A DNA stretch of 64,000 nucleotides, from NCBI GenBank assembly GCA_018819225.1, contig JAHJQN010000005.1, positions 1 through 64,000 on the forward strand. Direction: 5' to 3'. The notes under the pieces are model-generated. The model saw only the letters and a list, made by a program, of their open reading frames with translations. It was not told where the DNA came from and ran no database searches. Positions 1-9,247 of the stretch are shown one piece after another; within the stretch, counting starts at the first letter, position 1, and each line of letters starts with the position of its first letter. This stretch comes from Candidatus Micrarchaeota archaeon (GTDB lineage: Archaea > Micrarchaeota > Micrarchaeia > Norongarragalinales > SBBD01). The position numbers and the translations under genes are program-made.

Positions 1-2183
1 ACCTCCGGTTCGAAACCCTGCCAGTCAACAGTCGGCGAAGGCGTATCCGTACCCGTGCCCGAAGTAGGAGTCGGCGCCGTCGTCGGAGTAGACGTGCCCG
101 TTGTTCCACCCGTATACCCACCATCATCTCCACAAATATTCGCATGCGAACACGCGCCATCAGAACACGAATCACTCGTGCAGCTATTTCCATCGTCACA
201 ATCAATGCCACAACACAAATCATTTTTCACGCAAACACTCCAAAAACCACTCCCGCAAACACGCGTTCCCCCACACCCACTCACATCACACACCTCCTCT
301 TCCCCTTCAACACTGCAAGGCTCGGGAGTCGGCGTAATCGTAACCGTAGGCGTCGGAGTATCCGTCACCGAAGGACAATCGTTATCATTCGATGAATCGC
401 ATTCCTCTGGACACTGATCATCGCCGTCAATGCAAACGTCTTCAATGGGCGTGTAGAAACAAACCGCTTGACAGGTCAAAGGCGCCATACATTCGTCTTG
501 CGAAGCGGGATCGCCATCGTCGCAATCCGAATCGTCATCGCATGGATCGAACGGCTCGCGTTTGACGCTTCCGGGAACCGTACAGCAAAAGGTCTCTCCG
601 TCCGGTTCGATGACGTCATTCCCGCACATGCAGGTCTCAACAATCAGCGCCCCTTGCGTGCATTGCAGTATTGGTTCCGTGACTTTCAGTAAAATGACGC
701 CATCCGTCGGAGGCAACACAACCGAACTGACGATGGCGCCTCCTTCCGCTGTGAAATACTCCGTCACATCCAGAATTTTATATGGCTCGGGAAGCGCTAC
801 CGTTTTTTCATCGTATCCGGGATTCACGAGAACCATACCCGAATCGTAATCCCTACGGTACACTTTCGGAGGCCACGTGTCCCTGCATTGCGTGAGCGCC
901 CCGTTGTCTTCAATGACTTTACACGGACCTTGCGGATATCCCAAGTAGTACCTCTGCGCCCCTCCGTTATCATATTCGGGTATCCACCAGAATTCGTTGT
1001 TCGGAGGGTCTTTCTTCATGAAGTTGATGTCCGCGTCTCCAAGCAACCCCGTGGCGAAACCGAAACGCTTGACGCGATGGAATTCTTGTTGGTCTGCTTC
1101 CGTCGGCTGCTGGCCCGGAGCGCATTGAACGCCGTTGCAGCACGCGGTCGCATCTCTCCCACTTCCGCACTTCCAGTGCACGTCCACCCAGAAGCGGTTG
1201 AACGGCAGGGGGTATACCGCCGCCAGTCGATGGATGTATCCGTTGGTCGGCCGGAACAAGGCGCGCATCCATTGATACGGATCGCAATTGGTTTCTCCGG
1301 GAGGGCATTCGTACGGCTGCCAGAAAACGCGCCCGCCCAATAAATTCTCGATTTGAAAACCGTTGACGTACGGCAGCCAATCTCCGCCTCCGTTGATGTG
1401 AATGAAGTGCTCGTCCCCCGCGTATTCCCGCAGGCGGGAAAACAATTGGACGCCTCCCGCGGACCACCAGGAATTAAATTGATTTTCTTCGTCGGGAATC
1501 CCGTTTCCGTCCGCGTCCGGCGGATGCCCTTCCCCATCGTAATAATTTTCCCAAGCATCACTCGTCCAATACGGGCTTCCCGCGCAGTCAAAATGCACGC
1601 CGTCGAAGTAATCCACTTGCGGAACGTCTTTTATTTTCAGGAAAACGGCGTCGTTCAGAAGGTCGGCATAAAAATGTTGATATTGCCGGTTATCGCTATC
1701 CAAGGGACAAAACAAGGTCATGCTCGCTCCCCACAAGTTATCCCACGTATAGAAGTGCTGGCCGTCCGCATTGTTCAACCAACAGGAATTGTCTTCCACC
1801 CAACGATACAACTCGCATTGCACGAAATTGTTGTCGTACACCAACGGCGTATCGGGATTCCAGCAGTCCTCGTAGAAGTTGGGGTTCCCCCAACCACTTG
1901 GGGGAACGATGCCGCAAAAACCGTAGTGCGGAAGAAGGAGATTGTCCAGATTCTTATTCCGCAACTCCTGAAGGGTACCCAACTTTACGTTCGCGGGGAC
2001 GAGCACGGAATCGTATTTCGCTAAATGGTCGAGAGGTTCGCCCGTCGCGTCGATGTCCTGCAGCCAAGCCGCGATGCGCGGAAAAGGGGGGGTGGGTTCG
2101 AACGCGTTGGCATTCGGAATCATGAAGAAAAATAATCCGATGAAACAAGCCATTATCCCTAAACGTTTCCACCGCTTTCCCAT
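1..2183 (-). CDS. Secreted putative glycoside hydrolase (GHL15-like) with Cys-rich and Thr/Pro linker C-terminal region; 3' end lies outside the window
   Basis: Manual translation from ATG 2183 (MGKRWKRLGIMACFIGLFFFMIPNANA signal peptide), read open to the window edge and therefore absent from the ORF track. Motifs FDGVHFD, NGFQIEN and VYRRDYDSGMVLVNP, then CDDG-type Cys repeats and TPTPT linkers. Confidence 0.75.
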   Translation of the reverse strand, partial: MGKRWKRLGIMACFIGLFFFMIPNANAFEPTPPFPRIAAWLQDIDATGEPLDHLAKYDSVLVPANVKLGTLQELRNKNLDNLLLPHYGFCGIVPPSGWGNPNFYEDCWNPDTPLVYDNNFVQCELYRWVEDNSCWLNNADGQHFYTWDNLWGASMTLFCPLDSDNRQYQHFYADLLNDAVFLKIKDVPQVDYFDGVHFDCAGSPYWTSDAWENYYDGEGHPPDADGNGIPDEENQFNSWWSAGGVQLFSRLREYAGDEHFIHINGGGDWLPYVNGFQIENLLGGRVFWQPYECPPGETNCDPYQWMRALFRPTNGYIHRLAAVYPLPFNRFWVDVHWKCGSGRDATACCNGVQCAPGQQPTEADQQEFHRVKRFGFATGLLGDADINFMKKDPPNNEFWWIPEYDNGGAQRYYLGYPQGPCKVIEDNGALTQCRDTWPPKVYRRDYDSGMVLVNPGYDEKTVALPEPYKILDVTEYFTAEGGAIVSSVVLPPTDGVILLKVTEPILQCTQGALIVETCMCGNDVIEPDGETFCCTVPGSVKREPFDPCDDDSDCDDGDPASQDECMAPLTCQAVCFYTPIEDVCIDGDDQCPEECDSSNDNDCPSVTDTPTPTVTITPTPEPCSVEGEEEVCDVSGCGGTRVCGSGFWSVCVKNDLCCGIDCDDGNSCTSDSCSDGACSHANICGDDGGYTGGTTGTSTPTTAPTPTSGTGTDTPSPTVDWQGFEPE

Positions 2184-2383
2184 GAAATGCAGTACGATAA
2201 CCCCCTATAAATAAGAATGCGATTGTCCAGAACCCGTGCTCATCTCAACGAATCAACGAAGAGTCATCTAGAACTTCCGCCAACTTACGTCGTGCCCGAC
2301 TAAATGGTTAGGCATCAGTGCCTTAATTGAAAGTTATGCGTGACCATTAGGATTAAGAAAAAACGAATAAAAGAAAAAGGAAA

Positions 2384-2794
2384 TTAATGAATTCCGTCGC
2401 TTTCGTCTCCATCAGTGCAGATGACGTCATCCGAAGTCGCTCCATCCAACGTACCAACAAGGTTACGTTCTTGTCCAACTAACGTATAACCAATCGGGTC
2501 TGCGAGCGATGCCACTTCGCCTGACGCGCCCATTTCACTACCATCCAAGGGTTCAATGACTCCCCAAGTCGTCGCCTCCTCCATTACTATCCATCCACTA
2601 TCCGATATGCCATCTAGGGCGATGAGGTTGCTTTCTTCGCGCACCATGTTTTTCATCCCGCCATCGTCTAATCCGCCAGCAATAGGAGTGACGCTATACC
2701 AAGAACAGCGTGAGAGGGCAACGAAATAATTATCGTAATGAACAAACCGAGCAATAATCGACGCATACAACCACCTAAAAACAAATTCTTTCAA
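2384..2794 (-). CDS. Hypothetical acidic protein (start uncertain)
   Basis: ORF track; Asp/Gly-rich C-terminal half with repeated LDG; no family recognised. Confidence 0.35.
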   Translation of the reverse strand: MKEFVFRWLYASIIARFVHYDNYFVALSRCSWYSVTPIAGGLDDGGMKNMVREESNLIALDGISDSGWIVMEEATTWGVIEPLDGSEMGASGEVASLADPIGYTLVGQERNLVGTLDGATSDDVICTDGDESDGIH

Positions 2795-2845
2795 GAGGTT
2801 AATTAATGTATCGAAAATGAGTCAGGCAGTTGTACAACAAGCAAG

Positions 2846-2886
2846 GCGCCTATGGCGGGATTTGAACACCACGTACAGATGCCTTA
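2846..2886 (-). repeat. Degenerate copy of tRNA-Met 3' end (att-like site 1)
   Basis: gcgcctatggcgggatttgaacac matches 21/24 nt of gtgcctagggcgagatttgaacac at 12331; second tgcctta motif at 2880. Confidence 0.8.
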
Positions 2887-2905
2887 CTGAATTAAAACAA
2901 ACCGC

Positions 2906-3979
2906 TTAGGTTGGATTTTCAAATTGAAATGCAGATTTGTTCATCTTCATTATTTTTACCAGTGAGAGCATTACGGGGACTTCAACAAGGACTCCTACAA
3001 CGGTAGCCAAGGTTGCTCCAGAATTCATTCCGAATAATATTAGTGCAACGGCAACGGCAAGTTCAAAGAAGTTGCTTGCCCCAATGAATACGGAGGGAGC
3101 TGCTTCATTAAAGGGTATTTGGAGTTTTTTTGCTCCCAGGTATCCAATGAAAAAAACGAGATACGTTTGCAATATTAACGGAATTGCAATGAGCAGAATG
3201 TGCAACGGGTAATTGATTATCTTGTCCCCCTGGAAAATGAATATTAGAACTAATGTTACCAGTAAACCTGCAGGGGTAATCCACTCAATTTTTTTAATAA
3301 ATTGATTCTCGAGCCAATCCACGCCTTTTTTCTGAATAATGACGTGTCGGGTTACTGCTGCTAATAATAGAGGAATTCCAACGTAAAACAGAACCGATAG
3401 GAATATGGTGTCAAATGGAACTGGAAATTCAGTGGTTATTCCAAGGAGAAGCATACCTAATGGGGCAAATAAGACGAGGATGATGAGGTCATTGATGGAT
3501 ACTTGCACTAAAGCGTAGTTAATATTGGCTTTTGCAAGGGAAGTCCATACGAGCACCATGGCAGTGCATGGAGCTAGTCCGAGTAGTATCATTCCGGCTA
3601 TGTATTCCGTTTGAAGCGTCTCGGGAATAATCGATGAAAAGATGAGTCTCATAAACAGCCATGCTATTAGAGCCATAGTAAAGGGCTTGATAGCCCAGTT
3701 CACGATTATTGTTAGCCATAATGGCTTTACGTTCCTCTGGACGTTTAATACTTCATTGAAATTGATTTTGATCATTATAGGGTACATCATGACCAGAAGC
3801 ACGAATGCAACGGGTATGGAAACATTGGCTACCTCAAATTCTCCGAGCGAGGTGGCGAGCCCTGGGAAAAAGTATCCAATGCCGGTTCCAAGGATTATGC
3901 AAATGGCTACCCATAGTGTAAGGTATTTGCTGAAAAAGTCTAGTTCCTCTTGCGTTTGCCCCATTAATTCTTTAAGCAT
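2906..3979 (-). CDS. acr3: ACR3-family arsenite efflux transporter
   Basis: MMYP, VNWAIKPFTM, GLAPCTAMVLVW, GASNFFELAVAVA and GVLVEVPVML motifs; about 10 TM segments; AT-rich. Confidence 0.95.
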   Translation of the reverse strand: MLKELMGQTQEELDFFSKYLTLWVAICIILGTGIGYFFPGLATSLGEFEVANVSIPVAFVLLVMMYPIMIKINFNEVLNVQRNVKPLWLTIIVNWAIKPFTMALIAWLFMRLIFSSIIPETLQTEYIAGMILLGLAPCTAMVLVWTSLAKANINYALVQVSINDLIILVLFAPLGMLLLGITTEFPVPFDTIFLSVLFYVGIPLLLAAVTRHVIIQKKGVDWLENQFIKKIEWITPAGLLVTLVLIFIFQGDKIINYPLHILLIAIPLILQTYLVFFIGYLGAKKLQIPFNEAAPSVFIGASNFFELAVAVALILFGMNSGATLATVVGVLVEVPVMLSLVKIMKMNKSAFQFENPT

Positions 3980-3994
3980 TGAATATTAAAGAAG

Positions 3995-4035
3995 GTACCT
4001 AGGGCGAGCATTAAACGTGAAGTAACAATGCCCAA
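3995..4035 (-). repeat. Degenerate copy of tRNA-Met 3' end (att-like site 2)
   Basis: gtacctagggcgagcattaaac matches 18/22 nt of the tRNA 3' end; tgcccaa at 4029. Confidence 0.65.
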
Positions 4036-4073
4036 AAGTTTGTGTTTATAAAAGTAAATGGAGAAGCAGTAGT

Positions 4074-4277
4074 ATGGCTGTTAATTTCTCAAATAAAGCG
4101 TTAAGCAAAGTCTTATTTGGACTTGGTTTATTTTTCATTATTAGCTCTGCGATTTCATTAAATATATTAGGCGGCCCACCAATAGAACTTTTACTAGTAT
4201 TATTAGTATTAGCATTGCTTGCAATAATAATGGGCATCATTTATTCAAAAAAATCCGAAATTACAAATGGGCGTTGA
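4074..4277 (+). CDS. Small two-TM membrane protein
   Basis: 67 aa with two hydrophobic helices; GGAG upstream; very AT-rich; lies between two att-like sites. Confidence 0.6.
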   Translation: MAVNFSNKALSKVLFGLGLFFIISSAISLNILGGPPIELLLVLLVLALLAIIMGIIYSKKSEITNGR

Positions 4278-4289
4278 TAATAAATCAAT

Positions 4290-4332
4290 GTGCCTAGGGC
4301 GGGCGCGGAGACCTGGTCTGCGTGCCTAAGCA
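4290..4332 (-). repeat. Degenerate copy of tRNA-Met 3' end (att-like site 3) within an imperfect hairpin
   Basis: gtgcctagggcggg matches 13/14 nt of the tRNA 3' end; tgcctaa at 4323; ggcgcggagacc/ggtctgcgtgcc inverted repeat (10/12). Confidence 0.65.
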
Positions 4333-4538
4333 ACCTCGGAGACCGAAAAAAACGCGAAAGGAAGCGACTCGCATAGAGAAAACGAACGCAGTACTCAGGA
4401 AGCAACGGAAAGACTTAATGACAAGGATGACAAAGTTGACAAATACCGGGTCCAGAGGAAAGACCAAAAAAACCAGTGCCGTGGGTGATCGCTAAGCATG
4501 CCCCCCATACGTACACCTAGTAGAACAAGTTGCACGAT

Positions 4539-5444
4539 TCATTTTGTGGCAGGAAGGTCCAAGCCCCCAATATATTTTTCCAGTTTTTCTGCAAAGGATT
4601 GCAAGGCTTTCAAATCGGGCTTCTCAATGAAAACAGGATCAAACGTGGTTTGCACGGAGAGTTCCTGCAAGTGCTTTCCAAGATTCTCCATGTTCTTTCG
4701 GTATTCCTTTACGTATGCTGGCGTCTTCATTGCCAAAGCCATCTTAGCCCTGACCGCTTCAGCAGGAGCAACTCGGTAGAGGCTAGACCCTTCGACCATT
4801 TTATAAAGATCGAATAAATCCCGGGAGCGAGCCGGCTGGAGTCTTCGAGTCAATACCGCCCGGACTTTCTCAGCTCCAATCTCTTGAATCGAGTAACACG
4901 GCAATTCCAGAGACGAGAAGTACGCCTTGGCCAAGTGACCAAACATGGCTTCGAGCTCGCGCTCCTTGTCTTTTGGCACTTCAAGGCGTTTGAGCTTCAT
5001 TCTTTTCGCAGGAAACGCCAATCGCTCGTCAAAAGCAACCGTCACCTTGAGCTTTCCCCCGTTTTTCGGTGTGAGAAAGAAGTAGTTCATCACCTTGCCA
5101 CTGTGTGTTCCCGCGATACCGGTCTTTACCCGATCATGAAAATCCCATTGCAACCCGAGTCCAGCCATGAGTTTCCCGATGACGTTTTTCCTGAACGCGT
5201 GTTCCTTGATTTCCCCGTTCGCCCAAGTCAAATCAATGTCTTCACTGAACCGGAAATACCCGAGATAGGCCCTGACGAGGCATGTTCCACCCTTGAAAAC
5301 CAAATACCTTGATTCGGGAAAAGAGAAAATCTCCCGCAAAGAGTACGTAATCCAAATGTCCTTCTCGACAAGCCCTACGGGTAGCTTGCTGGAAGCCGCG
5401 ATGATTTCCGCGAGCTCACGCACTTTCGCGGGAGGGTACGTCAT
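4539..5444 (-). CDS. AbiEii/AbiGii-family nucleotidyltransferase toxin (type IV TA)
   Basis: VEKD, LVFKGGTCL, YFRFSEDIDL, AEKVRA and RDLFDL motifs. Confidence 0.92.
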   Translation of the reverse strand: MTYPPAKVRELAEIIAASSKLPVGLVEKDIWITYSLREIFSFPESRYLVFKGGTCLVRAYLGYFRFSEDIDLTWANGEIKEHAFRKNVIGKLMAGLGLQWDFHDRVKTGIAGTHSGKVMNYFFLTPKNGGKLKVTVAFDERLAFPAKRMKLKRLEVPKDKERELEAMFGHLAKAYFSSLELPCYSIQEIGAEKVRAVLTRRLQPARSRDLFDLYKMVEGSSLYRVAPAEAVRAKMALAMKTPAYVKEYRKNMENLGKHLQELSVQTTFDPVFIEKPDLKALQSFAEKLEKYIGGLDLPATK

Positions 5445-5445
5445 A

Positions 5446-6120
5446 TCAATCCTCGAAGAACCTTCTTAAAAAAATAGAGTACAGATTAGGATATTTCCGA
5501 ATGATCGTGCCAATTCGGTTTAACTGCCGGTCCCTGCCTCCGGCTTTATTTGAAACATCTTCCAATACGGCCTTGACGAACTCGCGCATCTTCTCATTGC
5601 GAGCCCCGAAATAGGCATAATCGACGATGGTTCTGCTGGGATCGCTGAACCGGATATGCCCTTTTTTTCTGATATGATAATCAAACGGGACTCCCGAAAG
5701 CTGCTTGAATTCGATATTCATTCCGGCAAAAGCTTTCCTATACCCCCTTATTCTTTTCTTGGTAATAACGGTAATCGTTGTTTGGGTTTGCTGTTCGGAT
5801 ATTCCCCCAACCTTCAGGGCAGTCGCGAGGCCAAAATACCAGTTCTTTTTCAGCTTGAGATTGCATGCTCTTGCCACGACATTAATGGCTTCTTCCTTAA
5901 TGGTTCCCAAATCACGCTCCTCTCTGTCTTTGACATAATAAACTCCTCGAAAAACGACGGGCACGATCGCCTCCGCGCGGGCAAGCCCCGCCTGAGCCGT
6001 ACTGAATTCAACGCCTGAGACCTTACACGCCGTCCTAATATGATCACTGGAAACAACCCGGTCATGCCTGGAAAGTAAAATGTTGTAAATTTTTCCCGCT
6101 TCGCTTTCCCAAAACGCCAT
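5446..6120 (-). CDS. AbiEi-like antitoxin / transcriptional regulator
   Basis: Directly upstream of AbiEii (1-nt gap); FRGVYY, YFGLATAL and SDPSRTIVD motifs. Confidence 0.8.
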   Translation of the reverse strand: MAFWESEAGKIYNILLSRHDRVVSSDHIRTACKVSGVEFSTAQAGLARAEAIVPVVFRGVYYVKDREERDLGTIKEEAINVVARACNLKLKKNWYFGLATALKVGGISEQQTQTTITVITKKRIRGYRKAFAGMNIEFKQLSGVPFDYHIRKKGHIRFSDPSRTIVDYAYFGARNEKMREFVKAVLEDVSNKAGGRDRQLNRIGTIIRKYPNLYSIFLRRFFED

Positions 6121-6242
6121 AGGGATACCTATTGAGTCCTTAAAACTACTAAATTGTTGAAATAATACCGTAATATAAGCCTTTTGGTTGCCATTTTCAA
6201 TGGAAACGCGGCGTAGTAACGCGCGACACGCTCCGCCGTTAC

Positions 6243-7541
6243 TTGAAGAAAATGGGCGCTCATTACGTCAAAGCCATTCTCGCGTACGAGGAAGCCGACT
6301 TGAAAAAACAGGCGGAATTCGCTCGCGATTTCCTCGCGATTTTACGAGGTAAAAACCGTGCCGTCGCCGTATTTTTTCAGGACGAAATGAGCGCCGAAAC
6401 GACGGCGCGAAAAGGCTACGGCTGGACGTTTGAAAAACGCTTGGTCGTCAGAGCGCCGCAAGCGGCGTGGGAAAAAGTGAACGCGTTCGGCGCCGTCAAC
6501 CCGTTTACAGGCGAAGTCGTCGAACTGGCGAGCGCGGACGCCAAAGCGCCCTCGTTCATCCGTTTGCTCCGCAAGCTCTTGATTCAACACCCGCGCAAGC
6601 GGGTGTTATTGTGTTTGGATAACTCGCGAGTGCACCACTCGCGGATGCTCCAAAAGTTTTTGGAAAAGCATCCGCGTCTGCAAGTGAAGTATCTTCCGGC
6701 ATACTCGCCGGAATTGAATCCGAAGGAATACTGGCACGCGTTCGTGAGGAAGAAACTGCTCAATAATCGGAGTTTTACGAGCGCCAGAGCAGTGGCGCTC
6801 GCGCTGAATCGTTTTGCCAGAAACACGCCGAAGGAGGTCGAAAAGGAAGTCTATGGAGACCAATCCGAGTTCTGCCGTGAATCCGACCGCGTTCGCAAAG
6901 AAGAACAAAGGGAAATCGAACGCCAGGAAGCCAAGGAAGAAGCCGAGCGTTTGAAGGAAGTCGAGCGCATAAAACGGAAAGAGCGCAAGGAACGCGAGAT
7001 GGCAGCAAAACAAGCGCTTTTAGAGGCCAAGCAGCCGTTGTTTGAAGGCGGCAATTGCATCCAAGAAAAGGGTTTATCGAAACGGCAAAAGGACCACTTG
7101 CTAAGCGAGGAATATTCTCGCATTAAGGTTAGTCCGTTTGGTGATTCTGGTGCGGCGTTTTATTGGGTTAAGCCACGTTGGCCTGAAAGCAAGGAACACG
7201 CCTTCTTCTGCTACCTCATCGAAGGCCTCGCAAAAAAACACGACGCCGAAGACATTACTTTGAACGTGAACGACGGCCCTGATATCGTATTCGAACACGA
7301 CAAAAGCACGTACGCCATTGAAGTAGAAACCGGGGGCAACTTAAGAAGAAACGAAAAATACTTGCAGAAAAAGTTTTACCTCAACGAAAGACATTACGAC
7401 CACTCCTTCGTCTTCGTAACCAGCAAAAAACTCAAGTACAAGTACGGCAAATACGCCCACGTCATAACCCGAGGAACCCTCAAAAAAACACTGAAACAAA
7501 TCTTCAACAAAAACAAGCAAACACCTTCAGATAGTTTATAG
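6243..7541 (+). CDS. 5'-truncated IS630-family DDE transposase fused in frame to a coiled coil and a PD-(D/E)XK nuclease-like domain
   Basis: FQDE, LDN and LPAYSPELNPKE catalytic motifs; only the end of the HTH remains upstream (TLRRYLKKMG); C-terminal GPDIVF...AIEVETG. Confidence 0.8.
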   Translation: MKKMGAHYVKAILAYEEADLKKQAEFARDFLAILRGKNRAVAVFFQDEMSAETTARKGYGWTFEKRLVVRAPQAAWEKVNAFGAVNPFTGEVVELASADAKAPSFIRLLRKLLIQHPRKRVLLCLDNSRVHHSRMLQKFLEKHPRLQVKYLPAYSPELNPKEYWHAFVRKKLLNNRSFTSARAVALALNRFARNTPKEVEKEVYGDQSEFCRESDRVRKEEQREIERQEAKEEAERLKEVERIKRKERKEREMAAKQALLEAKQPLFEGGNCIQEKGLSKRQKDHLLSEEYSRIKVSPFGDSGAAFYWVKPRWPESKEHAFFCYLIEGLAKKHDAEDITLNVNDGPDIVFEHDKSTYAIEVETGGNLRRNEKYLQKKFYLNERHYDHSFVFVTSKKLKYKYGKYAHVITRGTLKKTLKQIFNKNKQTPSDSL

Positions 7542-7692
7542 GCCAATAATATACATATATTATGGAGCGCTGTAGGCGGCAAATAACGAAAGCCACGTCA
7601 GAATACAAAAACACGATTTGCGCCAAATAATTTAAGGGATTGACCAGGAGACGATCACTGGCCCTTAAATTTAACGGCAAAAAACGCCAGGT

Positions 7693-8004
7693 TTGCGGTC
7701 GGGGTTCGGGAGCGAGTGCAAGCTCATGGTGTTCCACAGCAAGGCGTTCATGGGCTTCGAGGACGCGGACGTGGAGTGCATGGCCGGCGGGCTATTGGAC
7801 CACAGTTTCAAGGGCTTGGAGAAGCAATCGGAGCGCCTGCACAAAGCCTACAAGAAGCGGAAGGTCACGAAGCGGCGCCTGGCGAAGCTGCTGCTGAAGT
7901 TCGAGGATCTTGCTAAGTACGACAAGCGCGAGTTCCACTCGACGGCGAGGCTCGTGGCCCAGCAGAAGATGTTCGAATTCGAGAAGGAGCTCGCCAAGGA
8001 CTGA
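7693..8004 (+). CDS. Hypothetical basic helical protein (start may be ATG 7726)
   Basis: Strong GC3 codon bias in this frame; no family recognised. Confidence 0.55.
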   Translation: MRSGFGSECKLMVFHSKAFMGFEDADVECMAGGLLDHSFKGLEKQSERLHKAYKKRKVTKRRLAKLLLKFEDLAKYDKREFHSTARLVAQQKMFEFEKELAKD

Positions 8005-8015
8005 GCAAAGCCTGA

Positions 8016-9245
8016 TTAGCCGCTTAAAATGCTTACGAAAGGCGGCCAGCGCCAAAGTGAAAACGCGTTCTCGAAGAACGCTTCCACGGGAGCATAGAAC
8101 GCCTTGCTGGCGGAAACAGTCACGTTGTACAAGCCTTCAGGCAAGGGACGCAGCTCGCGAGGAGGCACCGCGCACGCATACGTAGCGTTTACCCCCTCAA
8201 CAGCCTTGCAGCCCACCCAAGCATACTCATGCGAAGCATTAAACGCCAAGTCAGCGCCCGAAACGCCTTCCCCGCACTCGTTGCCTAGAACCGCCTCGAA
8301 CTCCAAAGGCTCGTCCTTCGGATGCGGACCGCGCGGCTTCATTAGCGCGGGCTCCAGAATCGCCGTGATGTTGTACGAAACATGGGTCGAATTGGCGCTG
8401 AAATAGCAGCTTCCCTGGCTTTGCGTGAATTCGGTAAGCCAGAGCTGGTTTCCCACCTCGTACGAGCAGTCCGGGTTGAAGAGATACCGCACGTGTCCCG
8501 TGCCGTTCGTGAACGCGATCTGCGTTGCCGTGAAGTTATGACCGTCTTGAGTCAGGTGGAAGTACGCCTCGAAACCTGCTCCCAATGGCGTGTTCGTATC
8601 GTCATCCCAGATTCGAGCCGTTAGGTTGCGTGCGTCGAATCCTGGACGGAAAATGCTGACGTTGGCTCCGCTCACGATTTCAATGCGAATGTCGTCGGGC
8701 TCCAGCGAATACGGAATGACCGCCGTGCTCGCGTTCCAGCCGTCTCCGCTGGCGTTCCATTTGAACTCGCGAGCATTCTCACTCAAATATATGCCGCACG
8801 AACCAAACACGTACGGGAAGCTTACCGTGTCATTGAATCTCTCTTCCACGAAAGTCGAAAAAAGCAGTCTAAAGGGCAGGCCGGTCTGGTTGCGTTCCCA
8901 CAGCTGCACGGTCGCCCCGCCTTTTGGAGCCATGACGTCCACAGAATACGTGAACGTCTCTCCCCAACCCCCCGACTCGGGCGACACCAAAGGATTTTCC
9001 AACACGTAAGGAAGAAGCGCAGGCGAAATAATGGAACCAGCTAAAGAGGACTTTGAAAATAGAGTAGTAAGGCCAACGTCGTATGGAACTACGCTGTTTG
9101 CCAAGAACACTACGGCAAGCAGTGTAATTGCAAGAAAGCCATACTTCATGACGGAACGCCGCTTTATTCTTGCACCAAAAAAATTATAACCCTTACTACT
9201 ATGATGCCCTCCGTTATCTTTGCGGGATTTCGCAAAAGGTTTCAT
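8016..9245 (-). CDS. Secreted or surface glycoprotein with Ig-like beta domains (alternative start 9149)
   Basis: Hydrophobic signal MKYGFLAITLLAVVFLA; many N-x-S/T sequons; beta-rich. Confidence 0.75.
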   Translation of the reverse strand: MKPFAKSRKDNGGHHSSKGYNFFGARIKRRSVMKYGFLAITLLAVVFLANSVVPYDVGLTTLFSKSSLAGSIISPALLPYVLENPLVSPESGGWGETFTYSVDVMAPKGGATVQLWERNQTGLPFRLLFSTFVEERFNDTVSFPYVFGSCGIYLSENAREFKWNASGDGWNASTAVIPYSLEPDDIRIEIVSGANVSIFRPGFDARNLTARIWDDDTNTPLGAGFEAYFHLTQDGHNFTATQIAFTNGTGHVRYLFNPDCSYEVGNQLWLTEFTQSQGSCYFSANSTHVSYNITAILEPALMKPRGPHPKDEPLEFEAVLGNECGEGVSGADLAFNASHEYAWVGCKAVEGVNATYACAVPPRELRPLPEGLYNVTVSASKAFYAPVEAFFENAFSLWRWPPFVSILSG

Positions 9246-9247
9246 TT

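Noticed and set aside
55-2172. Many short ORFs on both strands
   Set aside because: They are shadows or alternative frames of the single long minus-strand gene starting at 2183.
2290-4340. Classical integron attC sites
   Set aside because: GTTAGGC occurs at about 2307, but there is no RYYYAAC...GTTRRRY pair at attC spacing and no IntI. The repeats match the tRNA instead.
6243-7541. Complete active IS630 element
   Set aside because: The N-terminal DNA-binding region is truncated and I could not identify terminal inverted repeats.
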